Of a DNA stretch of 32,000 nt, positions 19,551 to 27,589 are shown in pieces. The stretch is from Candidatus Baldrarchaeota archaeon. GTDB taxonomy: Archaea > Asgardarchaeota > Baldrarchaeia > Baldrarchaeales > DXJG01. The notes beneath the pieces were generated by a model that searched no databases, had not been told where the DNA came from, and worked only from the letters and a program-made list of their open reading frames with translations. Location: the NCBI GenBank assembly GCA_019056805.1, contig DXJG01000009.1, positions 239,473 through 271,472 on the forward strand, read 5' to 3'. The position numbers were made by a program, and so were the translations under genes. How positions within the stretch are numbered: position 1 is the first letter of the stretch; each line of letters begins with the position of its first letter.

Positions 19551-19850
19551 TCAAGTTTGTGATACGGAGTATATAACAACTTTTCCACGTTCAAGTTTAA
19601 AATCGATGGTATATCTTTTTCCCTCTAAGGTTCCCTCCAAAGTATACCCAATTCTATATTTTGGAACAGGGGAACCTGGATAATTCACTACATATCTATA
19701 CGTGGAAAGTTTGACCTTTTTTCCTTTAAGTTTCAAAAAGATCTCTTTAATTTCTTCTTTTGACAATTTTACATCTTCGGCTTTGCTTTTAGCTAAATTT
19801 ATTTTTCCTTCTCTCACCATTTTAAGTATCTCTGTTTTCAGCGACATCAT
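19551..19850 (-). CDS. Small basic hypothetical protein
   Basis: Lys-rich ORF. Start placed at ATG 19850/19847 with GGGTG SD; the ORF-track TTG at 19928 falls in a BRE/TATA-like sequence. Confidence 0.65.
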   Translation of the reverse strand: MMSLKTEILKMVREGKINLAKSKAEDVKLSKEEIKEIFLKLKGKKVKLSTYRYVVNYPGSPVPKYRIGYTLEGTLEGKRYTIDFKLERGKVVIYSVSQT

Positions 19851-20059
19851 AACCACCCTTACATCGTTTATCAAAATTACATTTTTATTCATTTCATGAG
19901 TAACTACTAAACTTATAAGTATTTTCAACTTAAACGATTTAAATAACGTCCTAAGGTTTCACACTGCAAACTAATCTAAACACATTTACTCATATCGGAA
20001 CTTTTTGCCAAGAGGAGGCTGTAAACTGTTAATTTAGGCTTACGAGACAGATTACTTAC

Positions 20060-21448
20060 CTAACTTATCATTTTGATTTTTTCTAATCTTATATGTGGTG
20101 AGATAAGTGATCCAGAAGCGCTATCAGGAACCACCATGTCAACATCTATTCCAACCTCATCTATCTTTTTTAATATTTCAAATGCATTTCCTTGAATGGA
20201 GGCTTTCCTTATTGCACCACTAATTTCTCCTTTCTCAACTATATAACCGTGCATAACTGGTAAACTAAAGTCCCCTGACGGGCTCATAGTAAATCCCGAG
20301 AAAACGTTAAGCAAATAAACTCCCTTATTAACCTCGCTGATAAGATCATCTAATTTTTTAGAACCTGGCTCAATGACCAAGTTTGATATCCAAACACGTG
20401 GACGACAACTGAAGGATCTAGCGAAAAACATATCCCATGTAGGAGGTTCCCATCTTACACAGTTCCCAGTACTCTCAACATTATCGATGTTTGCCGTAAT
20501 ACTATCATAAAGAAAGCCCTTCAACACTCCCCTTTCTATGAGTAGTGTCCTTTGCGTAGGAACGCCTTCATCGTCAAATTTCGTGGTATAAAGTCCTCCT
20601 TCGTAGGTACCATCATCATATAGTGTTAATTTTTCTGAAGCAACAGTTTCTCCAATTTTTCCTTCAAACATGGATAGTTTTGCCTGAACTTGATCAGCAC
20701 AAAGAGACGTTGCAAAAGAATAGCTCAAAAGTTCAACCAGTACTTTTGGCGATAAAACTGCTTCGTAATCCCCTGTTTCGATATCCTTTTTCTCTGTTAA
20801 TCTTAAAACCTCATTTGCGGCAGTTTCTCCCAGTTTTTCCAAATTAAGATTACTAATGCTTCTCCTTGATACATTGAGTGAATATGTAACTTTCTCTTCG
20901 TTCTTTACGGACAAAGTTGTACTTATCCCTGCATATGTACCTTTGTCTTCGACCTCAACTCCGGATGTGTTCGCTATTGCAGTATTTATGGTACAGTGAT
21001 GTAAAGAGGACTCCAAAATAAGTATATCTTCATTTACACTTTTTATGAAGTTTTCAAGCGAGTCGATTAACTTCATTGCTTCTTCAACGCTTAAATCAGC
21101 AGTTTTATTATCATACGTTCCCTTCACATCACTAATAGTTTTTGGCGATGTAAATCCTTCAAACCCTCGTGTTTCCTCGGCCACGCTAAGAGCACTCCTA
21201 ACAGTAGATTTTAAAGCTTCTTTGCTAAAATCTGAACTATAGGCGAAACCTAACCTATTATCTTTAACTACTCGAATAGCCATTCCCTTTATAGTAGAGG
21301 AAATTCCACTAAAAGTCTTTTTATCAGCTTCAATGCCGAATATATAATCAGTTTTACTCTTGTTCATCACATAAACTTCACAATGATCTACTTTCTCTTC
21401 TTCAGCAATTTTAAGAACAATCTTAGCGATGGAAAGAAGTTCAGACAT
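20060..21448 (-). CDS. pmbA: PmbA/TldE family protein
   Basis: GMAIRVVKDNRLGFAYS, LTLYDDG, FDDEGVP.QRT.LIERGVLKGFLYD, SGDFS, GEI.GAI...SIQGN. Confidence 0.9.
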   Translation of the reverse strand: MSELLSIAKIVLKIAEEEKVDHCEVYVMNKSKTDYIFGIEADKKTFSGISSTIKGMAIRVVKDNRLGFAYSSDFSKEALKSTVRSALSVAEETRGFEGFTSPKTISDVKGTYDNKTADLSVEEAMKLIDSLENFIKSVNEDILILESSLHHCTINTAIANTSGVEVEDKGTYAGISTTLSVKNEEKVTYSLNVSRRSISNLNLEKLGETAANEVLRLTEKKDIETGDYEAVLSPKVLVELLSYSFATSLCADQVQAKLSMFEGKIGETVASEKLTLYDDGTYEGGLYTTKFDDEGVPTQRTLLIERGVLKGFLYDSITANIDNVESTGNCVRWEPPTWDMFFARSFSCRPRVWISNLVIEPGSKKLDDLISEVNKGVYLLNVFSGFTMSPSGDFSLPVMHGYIVEKGEISGAIRKASIQGNAFEILKKIDEVGIDVDMVVPDSASGSLISPHIRLEKIKMIS

Positions 21449-21451
21449 CTT

Positions 21452-22831
21452 TTACCCTCCAATCTTTAGTTCTTTAAATCTTATATGAGGACCGCCTCCA
21501 GAAACCGGGTAAAATCTATCACCTTCAATTAAACGTAATGGTAGTATGTCAAAGTCGTTTGCAACCGCGTCAATATTAAATAAGTCTTTGCTTGCATCCA
21601 CAACAAAAGTGGCTCCTCTAAGCGGCTCACCAAGTTCTCCATCAACTATACGATAACCCATCATGGTTTTACATTGAATAATTCTCCCAATCGTAGCACC
21701 AACAACGCCGCGAAGATAAACACCTTCCCTAATATTTTCAATTAACTCTTCAAATGATAAGTCACTAGATTTGATAATTGCATTTGAAACTATGGGTTTC
21801 GGCTGAAACAAAGCATTCGGAGCTCTAGAATGTCCCAATGGTTCTGTTTCAAATCTGTATGCAGTTTCCCTAGAGTGGATATAGGTCCTTAACACACCGT
21901 TTTCAATTACATTTACAGGCCTAGCTGGAACACCTTCTTCATCATAATGAAAGACGACAGGTAATCCCGAAGAAGTAGGGTCATCAGTCAATGTTATAAC
22001 CTCAGAACAAACTTTTTGACCGAGTTTCCCAGCAAAAGCTCCAAGTTCACTTTCAGGCATTGAGGCAAACTGAGCAGAGGTCATTAAACCAGTAGATAAA
22101 GCAATTAAACCAGTTATACCATTATCAACCACAACAGGATATTTACCAGGAGAAGGACTTTTAGCTGAGAGTAGCTTAACAGTATCTCGAGCAAGTCTTT
22201 CAGAAACTTCAAGCGGATCAGCATATGCCATTAGTTCTTGACCTGCACTAGCAGCGATCCTACCAATGGTTTGTTGAATCACCTCTCCTTCTCTTGCCAC
22301 CACAACTATACGAAGCTCGGTAAAAGGTATAATTTCTTCAATATATGACCCTTCACTATTACAAAAATACTTCTCTGTAACGTTATCGCTATAACTATAA
22401 TCTGTTCTTATAATTCTAGTATCAACCGATCTAGCTGCATTGTCACATTCAAGTATAATCTCCATTTTTTCCTCTATTGGAACCTCCCTAGGATCTTGAA
22501 TTTCACCTAGCTTAACCTTATCCTCAACAGGTTTTACTTCTTTTATCTTAATTGTCTCGGGAATTCTTTCCGCCCCAGTTTTAGCCATTTTAAAGGCTTT
22601 ATTAACAGCTCCAAGTAAATCGTCTTCCGATATTGAAGTCAAAGATGAAATACCCCAAACACCCTTCAGAACCCTGATACTTGCAGTTAACTCGACACTA
22701 GGAATAGTTCTCTCAATCCTGCCATTAACTATTCTAATGGTATTACTGTAAATTCTTTGTATCCTTACATCAGCATACTCCGCTCCTAATCCAACCGCAT
22801 TTTCAATTATTTTTTCTAAAAGATCTTTCAA
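21452..22831 (-). CDS. tldD: TldD family protein lacking the HExxxH motif
   Basis: GAEYADVRIQR, ITLTDDPT, YDEEGVP..PV.VIENGVL..Y.HSRETA, GEPLRGAT, VSGGGPHIRF. The expected HE..GH position reads IALSTGL. Confidence 0.85.
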   Translation of the reverse strand: MKDLLEKIIENAVGLGAEYADVRIQRIYSNTIRIVNGRIERTIPSVELTASIRVLKGVWGISSLTSISEDDLLGAVNKAFKMAKTGAERIPETIKIKEVKPVEDKVKLGEIQDPREVPIEEKMEIILECDNAARSVDTRIIRTDYSYSDNVTEKYFCNSEGSYIEEIIPFTELRIVVVAREGEVIQQTIGRIAASAGQELMAYADPLEVSERLARDTVKLLSAKSPSPGKYPVVVDNGITGLIALSTGLMTSAQFASMPESELGAFAGKLGQKVCSEVITLTDDPTSSGLPVVFHYDEEGVPARPVNVIENGVLRTYIHSRETAYRFETEPLGHSRAPNALFQPKPIVSNAIIKSSDLSFEELIENIREGVYLRGVVGATIGRIIQCKTMMGYRIVDGELGEPLRGATFVVDASKDLFNIDAVANDFDILPLRLIEGDRFYPVSGGGPHIRFKELKIGG

Positions 22832-23223
22832 ATGGAGGTTCCCCCAAACATTTTTACAAGATTTTCAGCAACTCTTCTTACCCTTATAAGTAAAAGAGCC
22901 AAGTTTGCTCTCATATCTGCAAAAGCAAAGACAATAATATTTTCCAAGTGTTCTATGACAGTCATGTTTTCACGTCCCCGAAAAATTATGTTGCGCACTT
23001 GATCACCGCCAGCTAACCTAACGAATTCCACAGCACGATCCAACATATCTTTGATGGTTCTCTCACTTAATCGAAATCTCCTCCGGTCAGCGTCTGTTCT
23101 ATGCCAACTATATACTCCTTTCCCTTCACTATTTAATATTACGATACTATTTACGCCGTAAAGAGAGGACAAATCTTTAACAACTCTAGCAATCTCTTCA
23201 CTCACTCCTAACACCTCTACCAA
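22828..23223 (-). CDS. Roadblock/LC7-domain protein
   Basis: ~130 aa, GVNSIVILNSEGKGV, then helix and beta hairpin, C-terminal ANLALLLIRVRRVAENL. Stop overlaps the tldD TTG start (TTGA). Confidence 0.75.
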   Translation of the reverse strand: MVEVLGVSEEIARVVKDLSSLYGVNSIVILNSEGKGVYSWHRTDADRRRFRLSERTIKDMLDRAVEFVRLAGGDQVRNIIFRGRENMTVIEHLENIIVFAFADMRANLALLLIRVRRVAENLVKMFGGTSI

Positions 23224-23388
23224 AATAATAAATGCTTACCATAACTTTTACCTACAAGTTAAATAAGAAAAATTATATTACTTACTGTTGCATATTAAAT
23301 AATTACAACGTTAATTTCCACGATGTAAAATGTCTGCTTTCAACAATATTTAAACAATGACAAATACAACAATTGGAGGTGTCTCTAG

Positions 23389-23679
23389 TTGGCACAAACA
23401 AAAAGAGAAGAGAACGTGATATTAGTAGGTAAAAAACCCCCAATGAACTATGTTCTAGCAGTTGTAATGCAATTCAATAGCGGGGCAAACGAAGTAGTAA
23501 TAAAGGCGAGAGGAAGAGCCATAAGTAAAGCCGTTGATGTAGCGGAAATCGTTAGACAAAGATTCCTACCTGAAATGGTAGAAGTAAAAGACGTAAAAAT
23601 CGGGAGTGAAGAAGTAGGAGAAGAACAAAATAAAAGAACAGTATCGACAATAGATATAACCTTAAGAAGAGTAAGTTAA
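23389..23679 (+). CDS. albA: Chromatin protein Alba
   Basis: [39 protein letters not shown]; TTG start with GGAGGTG SD. Confidence 0.97.
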   Translation: MAQTKREENVILVGKKPPMNYVLAVVMQFNSGANEVVIKARGRAISKAVDVAEIVRQRFLPEMVEVKDVKIGSEEVGEEQNKRTVSTIDITLRRVS

Positions 23680-23971
23680 AACTACTTTTACCTAGTATCT
23701 TTTTAATATCTCCATATACTTTCATCCTTTTATTTTATAATGCTAATATTCAATTAGAACAATCTTCAGCATTGAATCAAAAGAAAATACAATTTAGATT
23801 TAACAAGCATCAAATTAAAATATTAAATTAATCTTTTAAATGAAACAACAACACTTCTTTCCCTTTTAAACTGTTATTTTTTACCGTGCAAGAACAAATT
23901 TACTGCATAATAACAAAATATTTTTACACTTTAAAACAAATATATTTACAGGCTAATTTGCGGAGGGATTA

Positions 23972-24133
23972 ATAGCGAAGAAAGACCTTATTTTAATTGA
24001 ACGAAAAGAGTCAGATGGCACTTCCTGCGGAAATTGCGGTTACCCCTTAACTGTAGAGGTATACTGGAAAGCTGGAAAAATAATTAAACGAATATTTTGT
24101 GAAAACTGTGGAATGGAAGCATGGAGAACGTAA
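23972..24133 (+). CDS. Unannotated small zinc-ribbon protein (53 aa; probable ATA start)
   Basis: (M)AKKDLILIERKESDGTSCGNCGYPLTVEVYWKAGKIIKRIFCENCGMEAWRT*, with two CxxCG knuckles. In-frame TAA at 23954; GGAGGG SD at 23962-67; no ATG/GTG/TTG before the first knuckle. Confidence 0.7.
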   Translation: MAKKDLILIERKESDGTSCGNCGYPLTVEVYWKAGKIIKRIFCENCGMEAWRT

Positions 24134-24312
24134 AAGTTTTTCTCAGGCATTTCTTCGCAACTTTTTCCAGATTTTACAAAAAACTAGAACCAGACGCATA
24201 TATTTTTAAAATCGATAGCAACGGAATATTAAAAGAAGAATTTAAAGACTGTAGCCTCCAGAGAATAGGGGTTTTTAAGCGATATCTTAAAAAGGTTTTC
24301 CTTTTAAAGTAA
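24121..24312 (+). CDS. Possible small hypothetical protein
   Basis: 63-codon ORF overlapping the Zn-ribbon ORF end; no recognisable motif. Confidence 0.25.
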   Translation: MENVKVFLRHFFATFSRFYKKLEPDAYIFKIDSNGILKEEFKDCSLQRIGVFKRYLKKVFLLK

Positions 24313-24368
24313 GGTGATTTTACAAATGTTACTTAATGTCAAAATTTGATAGAATGGAGGAATCATAG

Positions 24369-24923
24369 ATGAGTGACGAGAAAATATATTACCGTGTGGA
24401 GAATATAGTGGCTAGCGTGGTTCTGGAGGACAGAATAGATCTGGAAAAAGTAGCTAACGCCTATCATAATGTCGAATACGATCCAGAACAATTCCCAGGA
24501 CTAGTATTCAGACTTCAAAACCCTAAAGCCGCGGTTCTCGTATTTAACACAGGAAAAATGGTTGTGACAGGATTAAAAAGAGAAGAAGAAGCAGAAGTAG
24601 TAGTCAACAAAGTAATAGAGAAAATAAGAAAAGCAGGAGTACCGATTAAAAGCAAACCACAAATACAAATACAAAACATAGTTTCTTCAGGAAGCATAGG
24701 CGCCGAAATTGATCTTGAATTAGCTTCAATAACCCTCGACGACTCCCTTTACGAACCAGAACAATTCCCAGGGTTAATATATAGAATGAAAGATCCAAAT
24801 GTAGTTTTCCTACTTTTCAGCAGCGGCAAAATAGTATGTACAGGCGCCAAAAAGGAGACAGATGTTGCAAGAGCAGTAAAGAAGCTTGCAAAAGAACTAA
24901 GAGAACTGGGTCTAGTCACCTAA
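24369..24923 (+). CDS. tbp: TATA-box binding protein
   Basis: Two direct repeats: ENIVAS...YDPEQFPGLVFRLQNPKAAVLVFNTGKMVVTG and QNIVSS...YEPEQFPGLIYRMKDPNVVFLLFSSGKIVCTGAK. Confidence 0.98.
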   Translation: MSDEKIYYRVENIVASVVLEDRIDLEKVANAYHNVEYDPEQFPGLVFRLQNPKAAVLVFNTGKMVVTGLKREEEAEVVVNKVIEKIRKAGVPIKSKPQIQIQNIVSSGSIGAEIDLELASITLDDSLYEPEQFPGLIYRMKDPNVVFLLFSSGKIVCTGAKKETDVARAVKKLAKELRELGLVT

Positions 24924-25026
24924 CGCGACATAAGTCAACTTTACCTTTTTATATTCAATTAAACTTAATTTAACATTAGACTAAGACTTGAATTTTAGTC
25001 AAACTTATTAGTTGGGGGAAAGATAA

Positions 25027-25611
25027 CTGAAATTTAAATGCTTAATGTGTGGTGAATGTTGCCGAGATAAAAAAATGATCGTAACAATCACCCATATCGA
25101 CATAAGTAGAATAGCTTCCCATCTAAATCTGGATGCTCAAGGCATCTTAAAACACGTAGCATTTTACCAAGTAGTAGGAAGAGGTTATGAAAAACTCGTA
25201 ACACCCCCTGTTACAACAACAAGAGGCATAGCTTATCTAGGCCTTTTAAAACTACAAGATGGTTCTTGCATTTTTCTCTCAAAAGATAATAAATGTTCTA
25301 TATATCCTGCTAGACCTTCTTCATGCCGCAACTTTCCTTTTACTTTTCAGTTGAAAAACAGATGGCTATATCAAGGTATATCGGTAAGAGCAAAGGAATA
25401 TTGTAAAGGTCTCGGAAAGGGTAGAAAAATAAGTGAAAAGGAATTAGAGAAGCAAGGCATTAAAACAATTAAAGAACTTAAGGAATATGAAAATCTAGTC
25501 TCAAAATGGAACGACCTAGCATTAAAAGGACAAATAAACCCTACCCCACAACTATTTATCGAATATTTACTTTCAAGAGGATTTCTAAACCTAAGCTTTT
25601 CTTTTCTTTAA
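25027..25611 (+). CDS. YkgJ-family cysteine-cluster protein (probable CTG start)
   Basis: (M)KFKCLMCGECC...CIFL...KCSIYPARPSSCRNFPF...C.GLG. The first Cys of CxxCGxCC lies upstream of the ORF-track ATG 25045; CTG 25027 follows an in-frame TAA and a GGGGG SD. Confidence 0.85.
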   Translation: MKFKCLMCGECCRDKKMIVTITHIDISRIASHLNLDAQGILKHVAFYQVVGRGYEKLVTPPVTTTRGIAYLGLLKLQDGSCIFLSKDNKCSIYPARPSSCRNFPFTFQLKNRWLYQGISVRAKEYCKGLGKGRKISEKELEKQGIKTIKELKEYENLVSKWNDLALKGQINPTPQLFIEYLLSRGFLNLSFSFL

Positions 25612-25778
25612 TAATTATTTTGAACTCCTAAGTATTGTTTCAAAACAACTTAAAGGATACTTTGAAAATCCTATTTTTTTAAAATCAAATTGTAGAAATT
25701 ATAAGAAGATAATAAACATGGAAAAACGTAATTTTATATGTAATGTACACATCTGCTTTGAATTTTCAAACGGTTGTG

Positions 25779-25790
25779 TTGGCGCCCCGC
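25779..25790 (+). promoter_or_regulatory. Candidate E2F-type site TTGGCGCCCCGC upstream of the E2F-like gene
   Basis: GC-rich GGCGCC core in an AT-rich intergenic region, about 40 nt downstream of a TTTTATAT TATA-like box (25732-39). Confidence 0.3.
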
Positions 25791-25909
25791 ACATACCGAA
25801 ATTTGAAGTGAAACATTACAATTAGTTGAATAATCACATTAAACCAAAAAATATATGTGTATCGGAGAGGTATACAAAAGTAATATCTCATTATTGTGGG
25901 GGGTACCAC

Positions 25910-26434
25910 GTGCGTCTTATGGAGATGACGAAGCGTGCTGTCGAGATTCTCCAGAAAGCCGGTGAACAAGGCTGTCTGAACATAGAATTAGCGTGGAAAC
26001 TCGGCGTGTCAAGAAGAAGAATATATGATATTATCGCTGTACTGAGGGCAGTGGATTTAATAAAAACAGTCAAAGAAAGAAGAGGAACAAGAATAATATG
26101 GAAAACGCCACTGCATTTCCAAGAGGAAAAGGAAAGACTTCTCCAAGAATATAGAAAATTAAAGAAAGAAAAATATTCTCTTGAAAAACAAATTACAATA
26201 TTAGAAGAACAGCTTGAAGCCTTAAAAGAAAAGAAAGTTGTACAAATATCTGAAACTGTAAAATTTAACGTAAGAAAAATAAGAATAAAGAGCGAATCTG
26301 GTTTTTTGAGAATTTCAGGTAGAGGTATGGAAGCCATAGTAGAATCTTCAAGCCCTGGCATAATCGTTCAACCCTTACCCATCTACATTCCAGTTAACTC
26401 AACAAAACCGATGGAAAAAACTAAGGAAAGATAA
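25910..26434 (+). CDS. E2F/DP-family winged-helix transcription factor-like protein with coiled coil
   Basis: L...TKR..E.L........L....A..L.V..RRIYDI..VL....LI.......I.W matches the E2F DNA-binding domain pattern, followed by a heptad coiled coil and a beta-rich tail. Likely GTG start at 25910 (GGGGGG SD); the ORF track starts at TTG 25826. Confidence 0.85.
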   Translation: MRLMEMTKRAVEILQKAGEQGCLNIELAWKLGVSRRRIYDIIAVLRAVDLIKTVKERRGTRIIWKTPLHFQEEKERLLQEYRKLKKEKYSLEKQITILEEQLEALKEKKVVQISETVKFNVRKIRIKSESGFLRISGRGMEAIVESSSPGIIVQPLPIYIPVNSTKPMEKTKER

Positions 26435-26561
26435 CCAAAAATCGCGATAATAATCCACTAACACCAAAATTAGCTTTTCTAAAAGTAGTATTAAAACATA
26501 TCATATTCTTGACGCAAAGAGAAAGTATTTTTTTGGATGTAACCAGTTTGAAAGACAACCG

Positions 26562-26969
26562 TTATTCTTCTAATTTTAAAACTTTCACAATTTCCCCTCT
26601 TTTAATTTCTCTAAGTACATCTAAGTTATCGATAACTTTACCCACTACATTCACTTCTGAATACGGCTCAATTTTCTCATAAAAAATACATAATGCATCT
26701 CCCATCGGCCAATACGCTATATCCCCAGGTTCAATATTCTTTGTTGCTTTTTCTTTACCCATATTTATTCCAACATTAAAATATATTTCTCCAGGATTAT
26801 CTGGAGGCCATATCAGAACTCTAGCAGTTAATGGAAGTTTCATTAAAAGTTTCTCCACAGTCCTAGGTGCCTTTATCCTTACAAGTTCACCTAAAACTTC
26901 TTTCCCACTTTCAAAAACAAACTTAACCTTAAACCTACTAAGTTCACTCATTTCTTTCACCAAATCCAT
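26562..26969 (-). CDS. Cyclophilin-like fold protein (DUF369-type)
   Basis: APRTVEKL..KLPL....IW..EIYF, PGDIAYWP.GDALCIFY, VNVVGKV. Confidence 0.8.
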   Translation of the reverse strand: MDLVKEMSELSRFKVKFVFESGKEVLGELVRIKAPRTVEKLLMKLPLTARVLIWPPDNPGEIYFNVGINMGKEKATKNIEPGDIAYWPMGDALCIFYEKIEPYSEVNVVGKVIDNLDVLREIKRGEIVKVLKLEE

Positions 26970-26979
26970 ATTTCCCTTC

Positions 26980-27543
26980 TCAAATATTCACACCCTCACC
27001 GCCAAGGAAGCCCCATGGTTTTAAATCATACTTTCTTCCATGTTTATAGTTGATATAGACTGGGACTTTCTCTACGTTAGCTATAGTTATAGGTACTAAA
27101 TAATACTCTTTTAAATTTAGTTTTACAAAGAATATCAAAACTTCTTCTATGTTGAAATACTTTAGAAAACTCAATATGATAGTTAAATAAGGTTTTATTA
27201 ATACTTGTAGTTACATCAATAGCAAATACTTTGTCATCTTTACGAGCAAGAGCATCAAAGTAGAAATTCTTTGAAGGTCTAAAGATATCAGTAAATCCCA
27301 TTTTTGGTAATACATTACTTATAACCAATCTCTCAGCCATAGTTGAGCAATTCTCTACTCCTTCCTCCTTCCATTGCTTCATCTTTTCTAAATATTTTTG
27401 TTTTCTATACGTTCTTACCTTCTCTAGATGCTTACTTCCCTATTTTCTTTTGTATTCCTTAACTTTATCTGGATTTTTCTTCTGCCACTCTCTAGACTCT
27501 CTTATTCTCCTATCTCTATGCTTTCTGTAGTACTTTTGGTCAT
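26980..27543 (-). pseudogene. Decayed PD-(D/E)XK-type endonuclease with basic helical N-terminus
   Basis: Segments join into MTK/KYYRKHRDRRIRESREWQKKNPDKVKEYKRK*GSKH...AERLVISNVLPKMGF...FDALARKDDKVFAIDVTTS.../FLKYFNIEEVLIFFVK...; this needs a frameshift near 27535, an in-frame TAG (about 27440) and a frameshift near 27175. Confidence 0.65.
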
Positions 27544-27589
27544 AGCTTAACTCCCTACCATATTTGTTACTATGTTCTTATTCTTCATA

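Noticed and set aside
25891-26361. 156-aa minus-strand ORF
   Set aside because: Antisense to the E2F-like gene; Ser/Phe-rich mirror of an E/K-rich coding strand.
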